From assembly GCA_047495785.1 (NCBI GenBank), contig JBLDXI010000026.1:1178001-1242000 (forward strand): a stretch of DNA of 64,000 nucleotides, written 5' to 3'. The number at the start of each line of letters is the position of its first letter. Position 1 is the first letter of the stretch. The notes under the pieces are model-generated. The model worked only from the letters and a program-made list of their open reading frames with translations. It searched no databases and was not told the origin of the DNA. The translations under genes and the position numbers were made by a program. This document shows, piece by piece, positions 37,496 through 48,868 of this stretch. Source of the stretch: Lepidodermella squamata. Lineage: Eukaryota; Animalia; Gastrotricha.

Positions 37496-39288
37496 AAGTT
37501 GCGAAGATGATTTTGTTCTGACTCTATCCCTATAAAAAAATGTTGTTTATTTTGCCCGCTTTCAACATGATATCAAATCCAGGTGATCCCAGCAATATTT
37601 TCCGGTTTTTTTATAATAAAATTTATTGGAAAATTCGAGGCTTTATTATTCAATCCAAGTCGTATAATAGAAAATGCGGGTTGATGTTTTGTCGATTTAT
37701 TGCTGTTACGCGGTCAAAATGGGACGGCTTTGTTTCCAAAAAGTGGGACATGGGATAAAGCCACCATGGAACAACGAGAGGACGATTTGCATGTTTGATT
37801 TGTTCGGATTTCTTGCTCATAGGCGTCATTTCGAGCTGTAAATAACGTAAAATTTGATAAAAATGAAAAAATTTGAGCGTTTTCAAACCTGCCGCGCTGA
37901 TTTTTCCCGAGAGCAGAGGATTAGGTTACCTGAACAAATTGCGAAGAAAAATCCGCAGAAAGCAATGAATTTCATTTTGGCGAATGATTTTATAAAAAAA
38001 TTATGATGAATCAGAACGTCCGTTTTAAGAATGGGCGAAAATTGTTGCATAATAATTTCGAAAAATGAATATTGGGGTAATAGCTGTTTAGCTCACGTGT
38101 CCGTTTCCTATTGCGATATGACTCAGAGCTATAGTCACATACTTCCTCATTATATAACTATGGTCACAAAATTACCCGATAAATATTCTTGAAAATATTT
38201 TTTGCAAGAATTAGAGCATCCAGCCCTAAATTTGGTCACTTTCGGGTTTTTCCTACTTTGCCAGCCAGGTAAATTTTTAGAAAATATTCGGCAAATACAG
38301 AATTGTAGAGGAGTTCTTGGGCTATCGAATGCCGGTTTCCGCTAGTCCGGACGATTTTATCTTGATTTATTGTAATCATCTAGATTTGGCCGGAACTAAG
38401 GAACCGGGTGCCAAAATTTCGGCCACCTCATCCAGTTACGCGAATACCGCAAGTTTGATACCGTAAAATTCGTCTCGGCAAGCTTAGTGTGGAAATGGCC
38501 TTTGTTGCTTTTCCTGCGGGAGCATTTCCTTGACGACAAGATGCCTAAAACTCAGGTGCTTATGGTAACAAAGCACTCGAGAAGCGACATGAACCCCCTC
38601 GTCCGCATTTAGAATTATTTTTTGCGATCACGTGCTTGAAAAATCATATGAAACAGATTGCCTCAAAAATGCAAATGTCTTGAGTTGCGGTCGAAAAAAC
38701 TGCTGCACAGCACTTCGAAATTTCGGCCAGTGGCGAAGTTAGGTCGCAGCGGTCGAAATTAGGAATTCCTGCTCCATGCGCTCAAATTTCTGACTCGGGA
38801 CAAACTGCTGAGATATCTTGAGCATTTTTAATTAAGAATTTTTTAAGAATTAAGAATAATATGAGTTCGTTCAAAATTAAATTTGACTACTGACCGTACC
38901 AACAATCCTGGAACAGAATGAATTTTTTTTCGTTTAGGGACTTGAAGAATTTAAGGATTAGCCCTTGTGATGAAATAGGACTAATTGAAGTCGCGACGCT
39001 TTTTCTTAGCAACGGTTGCCAGATCTCCACAGATGCAAAAGTTTGAAAATCATTAAACCATTCGGAATTTTACGGTATTTTACGGCCCACAGCAGTATTA
39101 TCGGGTCTAAATTTTCGTAAAATTACGTCAGTATTTCCGATAATATTGTAAATTAGGTAGACAAATTTATATAAAAACCGCTTTTATTATGTAGCGAATG
39201 AAACAGTACGAAGGTTAGGTTAAAAACAATGATGAAAACAATCGTCTTTGATCAAATGCTCAAAGCTCGAATCATTATTTCAAGCATA

Positions 39289-40346
39289 TCAGCCGCGTAG
39301 AACTACTGGATGACGGAGAGGATGAACTGGATGACGAACTGGAAAGACGACGGGCTGCGGCTGCGGGATGACAAATCGCGGTCGCACGAAAATCCGCGGA
39401 TAACGCGCGAAAAAGTTGCCGAAATTCGGTTGGCGATGCAGCATGAAATTCAACCGGTTTTGCCTTGCCAGAAGTGGGAAATGGTGATTGCCGAACAACC
39501 GACCATAGCCGTCGATATTACGGTTCAAAAAACCGACCGGGCGATCGATAATATTGCCGCTGCGATCGAAGCCAATTGTTCGGAAATTGCCGCCTCGGCC
39601 TAGTGCTCGGAACAAGAAGCAGCATCGCTTATCATCGTCATCGTCGTCATCGTCATCGTCATCATCATCGTCGTCATCGTCATCATGGCGACCTGCGCCC
39701 AGGACTAGGGACATTCGCTCGGCGAAGCGGTCCTCGCTATCGTCCCAGATGTAGTATGGCTGACCAGCGCCGAGAATATTCGCCATCAGCCTAGCCCAAT
39801 TTTCATCGTCACCGCCTATCCAAACCCTGTCATTGCTGTCGCTGTTGTTGACAATCGCGGATGCATTGACAATTTTAGCGTAGCTGATGAAAGTTTCGGA
39901 TGCGTTCGATGAACTGTTGCTGGAAGATTGCACCGTGTTGCTTTCCTCTGTTTCGTTCCTTTCATCCGCTGATTCGATGACAGTCATGACAACGATTCGC
40001 GTGACGTTTCGGCCGTTTTTGTCAACGTAGCTTTCCACTGATTTTTGACGCTCGAAATGCGTGTTACCCTCCGTTCTGTTCTCAAACTGAAACGAAAAAA
40101 TGCATAATTGACAAATGATTCTAAAATTAAAAAAATCTGACTAAATTTAAAATTTTTTAAAATAAAAACTAAAATGTTACAATGGGAATTTCTTATATTA
40201 AATACCTCAGATGAGTTGGTTAATTGGCCGGCGCCATTTTCCAGTTCGATTTTAACATCGGCCAAAGGATCATCAAGAGCAACAGCCAGGCATACGTGCA
40301 ACAGCCAGCCGAAAACTAGGTAAATGGCGAACGATTGCTGTTTCAT
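39289..40346 (-). CDS. Secreted precursor: signal, acidic propiece with poly-Asp, KR, Arg/Phe/Pro-rich cationic domain (2 exons: 40346-40206, 40086-39289; 312 aa)
   Basis: Signal MKQQSFAIYLVFGWLLHVCLA, in-frame GT-AG intron, run of 18 Asp in mixed GAT/GAC codons, then KR|CCFLF..PVVLRG*. Confidence 0.8.
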
Positions 40347-41280
40347 TTCAAACTGAGGTATGAAATAAAAACAGAACTGGTCAAGTGAAGATTAACAAGC
40401 GTCGAACTCGCTTTTAAACGCGTAGTCACATGGCGGGGACAGATGTCCTTCCGGGAAATGCGGTAACTCTTGCACCTCTCACAGCTTTTGTTTGTTTACT
40501 AACCCAACAGATGCAGTAACTTGAAATGTGGAACAAGATCAACACGATTTCGTTAATCTGTTAGCTAAAGCCTGTTCACACACCGCGGCCACAAGGTATT
40601 ACGTATTCTATACATTTTAAAATTTCATACTGTAGATCAGCGCGCCAGGGAAAATTTGGACAATTAAAAAAAATTGAAATGAACAATACAAATAAATTGA
40701 AAATTATTATAGGATCAAGAACCGAGATTTTGCGGTACTATTTTCAGCAATTTATTTTATGTTCAATCGATGTTGGACGACCAGTTTATGAGGTGGGTTA
40801 TAAGCTGCGTAGGCATGCTGCTGAAAAATTGTTAAGCTTTTAGGAATCGTCATCACCTGTGATTTTATTGTTGACTCGAATTTTCCCAATTATTTTGTAT
40901 ACATATTTTTGCTGCTCCTAACACATCACCACCGATCGCCCAGCCACCCTATCACAACAGCGGCATGAAATTTCGATGGCGGAAATGATGCCGCTTAGCG
41001 ATTTGTTCACCAGGATTTTCATCAAATGACATAGAATGACAATATCAATGCGATTAGCTCGAAGCTCGAAATTTCTCCATTTTAGCAAAATTCTCTTAAA
41101 TTTTCTTTCAATTCCAGGGAAAGAAGTAAATATCAAGCATTTGGCATAAAATTCATGTTTTTCATGTTTTTTCATGTTTGTTCATGATACCTACCTATTC
41201 AATTTTTGTTCATCAAAAATTCGCTTTCTAAAAAGAGGATTATTCCCGCTTCGGCTGAGTGCTTTACAAAATTTTTTTCA

Positions 41281-41308
41281 AAGCTTTTAAAACGCATCCC
41301 TTGGGTTC
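41281..41308 (+). promoter_or_regulatory. Conserved promoter motif with COE/EBF-like site (LGIC1; homologs near 44284, 48711, 58405)
   Basis: aagcttttaa(a/c)ac(gc)aTCCC(T/A)TGGG occurs ~125-160 nt upstream of the ATG of all four channel genes. Confidence 0.55.
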
Positions 41309-41441
41309 AGAGCAAACATTTTAGGTATCGGTCTGTTCAAGCTTGGCGATAATTCAAGATAATTCTCATGTGGTCAAGAAATGCTTTGCCGTTGATGGCA
41401 AATTTTCAATTTGATGGTCCGTGTTCCAAACGATTGCAATA

Positions 41442-43765
41442 ATGAACATTTTTGTTGCTTTACTGTTGCTAACCTGGCCAGTGAGCCTCAATGGCCAGGG
41501 CAGTCTTTGCGGGGATACGGAAATCGCGGCTTGGGCCAAGGCTAAAGGTATCGATAAAATTTCAGAAATTTCTACAAATAAAACGAATAAATGTCAGGAA
41601 TTGACGTCCCGAATGCGAACTACGAGATTAACAAATTGCTGATGGAAAGAATACAGGCAACGAATATCAACATACCTCCGATAGATTTCAGCACCCGCAA
41701 TTTGCCGGCCGTTGACGTCATGTTCTATTTTGCCTCGGTGCAAGCGATCGAGGAGGCTAGCAACACTTTATTCGTTAGCGGAGCCTTAGAAGTAATAGCA
41801 GCTATTGCAAATTGAAAAAGCAGTAATTTTTACGACTCAAAAGATATCCTGGGACGTCAAGGCGCTTGGCTACTATTGGTACCAAGATCCATTTCTTATG
41901 TGTTTACAAAACAGACACGGTTTACACAGGCTAGCATATAAATAATTCGTAAACTTTTTAATATTTTTCAATCTGAATTGCAGAGGGAAGGAAGTTATTT
42001 GGACACCGAAAGTCATGGTTAGCAACATGTTCAACATGAAGGATCTTCGCGAGGCCCTCGACCAAACTCCAGTAGAAATAACGGTAGATGGCCGTGCATA
42101 TTGGCGCATATATACTTCATTCGATCTCAGCTGCAACTTCAAGTAATGAAATTTATGAAAAATCTATTCATAGTTTCAACGAAATTGGAACTTTGCAGAT
42201 TAACCGCATTTCCTTGGGATTACCAGGTTTTCATCATTTTCCAATCTTTGACGTGAAGTTGTCGATATTGATATTCAGGTGTGTGGAATGAACATGTCCC
42301 TACTTTCGGAATCCGTGGTCGTTACCTTCAATGATAGGTTAGCAAAACAACTTTAAATAATTTGGAGTCATATTATTTATCGCGAATATTAACAAAGATA
42401 TATTAGCCCAACTTGTGCGACAATGTTCGAAAAGAATTCGCAGTGGGATTTTATCGGCAGCCGGCAAGGCGTGATAGGCGAATCCGTCACAAAAATTGCC
42501 GCGTAAGTTATGGAGATAAAACAAGATCATATTATTTCAGAACTTGATTCATAATTCAGTATAGAATTTGTCTTCAAGCGAAAACCGTTATTCTATATCC
42601 TAAGGTAAGGATGGGTAGAATTTCAATTTAATTGGCGTTCAAGTTTTGATTTTCGCAGTTTGATAGCTCCGACCATTTTCCTGTCGATATCTGGCACGAC
42701 GATCTGTATAAATAAAACCCTGCCATTTTACGTTTCTTTGATAATCTTTCATTCCATAGTTATCATTCCACCTGCAAATGGCGAGAAGAACAGCGTCAGT
42801 TTTTCGCTGCTACTGAGTTTTTTCCTGGTCATAACAAACTTGATGCAAAACCTACCGCCTAATGCTGAGAACATGCCGCTGCTCTATGAGGTTAGACTTC
42901 CGTTGAAAACGGAACAGATGAGTGTTTTTAATTCTGCGATTTTCAGTACATCATCAGCCTGTTTGGATGCGCGTGCGGGGCTGCAATTTACACCGCTGCT
43001 ATTCAACGATTCGCAGTTCCAGTAATGCGTGAAGAGGTGAATGATGAGATCAAAGCGATGCTCCAGGAACATGGCTTCAGGGTCCGGCCGAGACGGCGCC
43101 AGTCCGACCAGCAAGTGATAGAAGGTCTAGAGTTGCCCCGGCAAACCATTATCGCCCCCGCCCCACGACCACTCCAGCCTGTCTATTTGAACCCGAACAT
43201 GTTCAACTACAGCCCACATCTAAACCAGCCACCTTTGCCTATGGATAATGTTACGATAGTAGGGACGCCGATTCCGGGTCGCAGCAGTCCGATTCCACCG
43301 ATAACAGTTACACCGAGCAGTAGTGTGGCATACAATAGAAATAATCCATCACCACAAATTTTCCAGCAACAACCACCGCCCAGTTTCGGCAAACCAAGCT
43401 CTTCGCACCGTCGATCTGATGCTTTCAGTAAGGCTTTGAATGACGAAAAAGTTCGCAACCTGGCTACTATGCAATGGGTTTACTTCGCCAACTCTCTCGG
43501 TTTGATCGTCTACAGCCTCGCAGTTTTCATTTTTTCGGCAGGTTTCTTTGTCCATGTTTCAAGTTTGAACGCGGACTTCAAGTATGACTCCTTGGGTTTT
43601 CTTGTACACGATAACAAAACTTATTTTCCACCAATCTTGGACATATACAGTTGTGCTTGCTGCCGATTGAACGCTACAACAAACATACTGACGGAACGAT
43701 CTGATGGAAATTTTTGCGATGCCCTTTCATCTGGTTGTAATATGTTGAAAAAAGCTACGACTTAA
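41442..43765 (+). CDS. Cys-loop (pentameric) ligand-gated cation channel subunit, paralog 1, 11 exons
   Basis: Signal peptide, IWTP loop A, Cys-loop CNFKLTAFPWDYQVC, RKPLFY pre-M1, GEK-M2, P..PLL M2-M3 linker, Pro-rich M3-M4 loop, M4, Cys-rich tail. Confidence 0.92.
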
Positions 43766-44441
43766 ACACTTGGCTAATGTCACAGAGAACGAAGTGATCT
43801 GTTGATTTGACAGTTATCAAAACAGCGGCATACAATTTCGATAGCGAAAACGATGCCGCTTTGCGATTCGTTTGCCATGATTTTCAATAAATGAGAGAAC
43901 ATGACAACATCTCTATGCTTCTCTTTTTTTTATTCATTGAAAAATTTCAGGCGTTGGCTATATAATGGCTATGTCAATATAGGTCATTAACAAATATTTC
44001 GAAGAGCTCGAAATTTATCACTGCTGGAAACACAGATGCAGGAGAAATATTCCATTTTTGTACGATATTGTTTATATGCTCTAACGGCTCAATATTTCTG
44101 GGCTTAGTCGCAGGTTCAGCTAGGCTGATTTGATGATTCCGCTTGGTAGTGCATTCTCGCACGGTTTATGGCATTTGAAACCTATTAACTTTTGGTTGAT
44201 AACAAATTCGCTTCGTTAAAAGCGGATTATTTCCGCTGCGGCTGAGTGCTCTAAAAAAGTAACTACAAAGCTTTTAAAACGCATCCCTTGGGTTCTGTGC
44301 AAACATTTTATCGGTCTGTTTTGGGCGAAAATTCAAGGTGATCGTCATGCAATTCTCACGGGGTCATGTAGGTAGTGCTGTATCGCTGATGGTTAATTTC
44401 CAATTCGATAGTCTGTGTTCGAGTTTTAAACGAGTTTAACA

Positions 44442-47180
44442 ATGAACATTTTTCTTGCTATACTGTGGTTAACATGGTTAGATGGCGTCGATGGCCAAAG
44501 CAGTCTGTGCGGGGATGCGGAAATCGCGGCTTGGGCCAAGGCGAAAGGTATTGATAAAAATTCCGAAATTTTGCAAACAGATGAATCATTTTCAGGAATT
44601 GATGCCCCGAATGCGAACTACGAGATTAACAAATTGCTGATGGAAAGAATACAGGCAACGAATATCAACATACCTCCGATAGATTTCAGCACTGGAAATT
44701 TACCGGCCGTAGACGTCATGTTCTATTTTGCCTCGGTGCAATCGATCGAGGAGGCGAGCAATACTTTATTCCTCAGCGGAGCCATTGAAGTAACTGCAGC
44801 CGTTTCGAATTTAAAAAATCAGTAATTTTTCAATATTAACTTTGCCCAAGCTATCCTGGGATGTCAAGGCGCTTGGTTACTATTGGTACCAAGATCCGTT
44901 TCTTATGTGTTTACGAAACACCCACGGCTTGCACAGGTTCACGCTTGATAGTTTAATCATTAGTAATTGCTGATGACATTCTGAACACAGAGGAAGGGAA
45001 GTTGTATGGACGCCGAAGATCATGGTGACTAACATGTTTAATGTCAAGGACTTTCGCGAAGCTCTCGACCAAACTCCGGTTGAAATAACGGTAGATGGCC
45101 GTGCAAATTGGCGCGTATACACTGGATTTGATCTCAGCTGCAACCTCAAGTAATGCAATTTAGGGAAAATCAATTAATATTTTCAAAGAGGAACTTTTCA
45201 GATTAACCGCATTTCCGTGGGATTATCAGGTTTTTATCATGTTCCAATCGTTGACGCAAAAGTTGACGGTAATATTGCTATCCAGGTGTGTGGAATGAAC
45301 ATGTCCCTAATTTCGGAATCCGTGCTCGTTAGTTTCAATGATATGTAAGCAAAAATGTTTAAAATAATTTGGATTCATTTATGCTTACATCTCGCAAAAT
45401 CTTAACTTAGATATATTAGCCCAACTTGCGCGGCCATGTTTGAGCAAAATGCGCAATGGGATTTTATTGGTAGCCGGCAAGGAGTGACGGGTGAATTTGT
45501 CACGAAGGTTTCAGCGTGAGTCATTTGAAATAGAATGAAACTATATATTTTCTGATTTTTGTTTCTCAGTATAGAATTTGTCTTCAAGCGAAAACCATTA
45601 TTCTATGTTCTAAGGTTAGGAGGAGACTTTTGAATAAATCGGATTTCAAGTTTTGATTTTCGCAGTTTGATAGCTCCTACCATTTTCCTATCGATATCTG
45701 GCATGACGATCTGTATAAATGAAAAAACCTGTCTTTTTAACTTTGATTGATATGTTCATTTTAGTTATAATTCCACCGGCAAACGGCGAGAAAAACAGCG
45801 TCAGTTTTTCGCTGCTGCTGAGCTTCTTCCTTGTGATCACGAATTTGATGCAAAACCTGCCGCCAAACGCTGAGAACATGCCGCTGCTATACACGGTTAG
45901 ATTTTACAATTTCTGAAGTTATGTCCTGAATGTCGTTGCGACCTACGCAGATGTCGTTAGCAGATGAGCAGAGCATTTCTGAGATTTGTCTTGCCATGAG
46001 ATTTGACTTACCCTCTCATTTTAGAATTTCTGGTCCCAGTCAAGTCCCCTGGTCCCTTTTATGTGTATTTCCTTTGTTTGCTGTGTTACTTCCTGGGACA
46101 TTTTACTTCCTGGGAAACAATTTAAAAGAATAGAAGATGCTAAATATACGAAAATGCGCCAACGGCAGATGTTTTCATGGAGGGGGTATGGTAAGGGTCC
46201 GTAGTTTTGCTTGTCAAACGATCAAATAAAATGAGCTTTACCTCTAGCGAGACCAAATTAGACTGAGAGCAGAACTAAGCGGAATCACTTCGAATTCGTT
46301 CTGAAATAAATTCATCAAATCGGCCTTACACACGTGTGCACTTTTTCAGTACATCATCAGCCTGTTTGGATGCGCATGTGGGGCTGCAATTTACACCGCA
46401 GCTATTCAACGATTCGCCGTTCCAGTAATGCGTGAAGAGGTGAATGATGAGATCAAGGCCATGCTCCAGGAACATGGCTTCAGGGTCCGGCCAAGACGGC
46501 GCCAATCTGACCAGCAGATTTTGGAAAGTCTCGAGTTACCGCGGCAAACCATCGTAGCACCAGCCCCAAGACCACTTCAGCCTGTCTATTTGAACCCGAA
46601 CATGTTCAACTACAGCCCACATAGGAACCAACCTCCTTTGCCTATGGATAATATAACGATAATGGGGACACCGATTCCGGGTCGCACCAGTCTGATCCCA
46701 CCGATAACAGTTACACCAAGCAGTAGTGGGGTATACAATAGAAATAATCCACCTGCTAACATTTTCCAGCAACAGCCACCGCCCAGTTTTGACAGACCGA
46801 GTTCATCAAAACTTCGATCTGACGCCCTCAGAAAAGCTTTGTATGAAGAAAAAACGTGCAACCTGGCTACTATGCGATGGGTTTACTTCGCAAACGCCCT
46901 TGGCTTGATCATCTACACCCTTGCAGTTCTCATTTGTTCTGCCGATTTCTTTGTCCGTGTGCTAAGTATGAACGCCGACTTCAAGTATGACTCCTTGGGT
47001 TTTCTTGTTCACGATAACAAAACATATTTTCCACCAATCTTGGACATTCACAATTGTGCTTGCTGCCGATTGAACGCTACAACGAACATACTTACGGAAC
47101 GACCTGATGGAATCTTTTGCGATGCCCTGTCATCTGGTTGTAAAATGTTGAAAAAAGCTACGACTTCAACAGTGGGCTAA
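44442..47180 (+). CDS. Cys-loop cation channel subunit, paralog 2
   Basis: Same 11-exon structure and motifs as paralog 1. Confidence 0.92.
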
Positions 47181-47237
47181 AGATGAAAGCAAACTGTTAA
47201 AAAAATATCCTGTGGACATAATCTTGGAAATGGTATA

Positions 47238-47674
47238 CCGTATTTCATCAAATAATAGCCATGGCTACTATTTTTTCCGAAACTCCGAAAATGGTCCAAA
47301 AAAGAGGCAGTTATTCGAGGGGGCTATTATTCGAGGGGGGCTATTAATTATCGGCAATCGGCAAATTTCATCATCGCAAGTTGTTTGCGCCGTTGAATTC
47401 TCTGTTTTCTGAACCCCGCGCTTCTTAATCCTCGACATCCACAAACAACGGCTTACGTCCATCACCTTTAATCCGCCTAGCAATGTAAGGCGACGCTAGT
47501 AGGACAGCTTTTTCTCTCCTCCAGCGCGCCACATGCTTCGGACAAAGCATGTCGTATGGCTATTATTCGAGGGGGGCTATTATTTACTTTTTAATCCAAA
47601 AATTAGCCGAAAATTTCGGGCTATTATTCGAGGGGGCTTTTATTCGAGGGAGGCTATTAATCGATGAAATACGG
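47238..47674. mobile_element. Tc1/pogo-type MITE
   Basis: TA|CCGTATTTCATC..AATAGCC ... GGCTATT..GATGAAATACGG|TA, with repeated tattcgaggggg(c)tat units. Confidence 0.8.
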
Positions 47675-47769
47675 TATTTTATGATATGGAAGTGGCTGTG
47701 CTGCGTGTATCTCCGATTTTTCAAAAAGGAGCAAATTAAAGATCCTGGAACAACAGCTTTCCAGTATAA

Positions 47770-48552
47770 TAGTGCGTCCACAAACTACTCGGAGAGGCTT
47801 TCGAAGTTTTCGGCCTCCGAATTGTCGTAACAGGAGTCCGAAGTTGCGTAATCGCTGCCCGAAGTTTAGATTTTCGTTTCACAAACACGCGCACTTCGTT
47901 CAGCGCGGCCGAAGTTTCCGGCATATGCGCGCATTAAACAAAGGACGCGCACAAACTTCGGCTCGGAGGCACTTCGAATTTGGGGGTCTCCGAACCGAAG
48001 TTTGTGCGCGTCCGAAGTATTACGGACGCACGCAACCAATCGCGCGCTCAGCCACTTGACCGCACTTGACCAGGCGCCTAAAATTTGCCTTTCCGGTGAT
48101 ATTTTCATTGAAAAATACAATCCGTTTCATTACCCTTAAACAAATTAAATAGTGCAAAAATTTCCGAATTCTTTGGCGAATTTTTGAATCTAGAAATCGC
48201 GCGGTGCATATGGAAAGTGGTTTTGATGAGAATGCGTGCGGCGCACGAATATTTTAGTACAAACTTTTTTATATCGAATCTGATGAACTAATTTTTATCC
48301 TCATCAGAAGTCGCGTCTCATTAAGCAAACAAGTTGGAGAATTAAGGTAAAATAGAAAAAAATTGCATTGACCCTAAAAGTAGGAGCCATACCCGATACC
48401 CGTGCGTGGTGTGTGGGCACGCGGCCAACCTTCGGTCGCAAACAATAGATAATTCGGTCGTCAAGCTGTAGAAAATGCCCCGATAAGGCCGGCGAAGTTA
48501 TGCTATTTCTCCCCGAAGCGGTTAGTCTCCGAAGTAGTTTGTGAACGCACTA
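47770..48552. mobile_element. Non-autonomous TIR DNA transposon
   Basis: TIRs tagtgcgtccacaaactactcggaga / tctccgaagtagtttgtgaacgcacta; repeated ccgaag motifs inside. Confidence 0.75.
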
Positions 48553-48868
48553 TAAAGCATTCTGAAATATACCTGATTTTTAGCATTATGTTCAGAACAT
48601 TTTCCTAATTTCATAGGCCCTAAAACAGGGTTTTGTCCAAAATAAGAGCTTTTGACGGTAGCAGACGTCGGTTTATTTGCGTTGGCTGAATTTCGAAAGC
48701 TTTTAACACATCCCTTGGGCTCCGAACAAACGATTTTCCGGTAAAAATGACTAGAGCCGAAATTCGGCAGGTCATCTGTCTGGTTTCCTCATGGGGATAG
48801 TGCGGTTGTTGCTGAGAGCAAATTTCAAAGTTGAAGATCAAAAGTTTTAGGCTTCAAACACTTTCGAT

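Noticed and set aside
39625-39645. DDDDK enteropeptidase site cleaved by the local LDLa proteases
   Set aside because: Those proteases have Gly189 rather than Asp189, so Lys specificity is unlikely; KR convertase cleavage is simpler.
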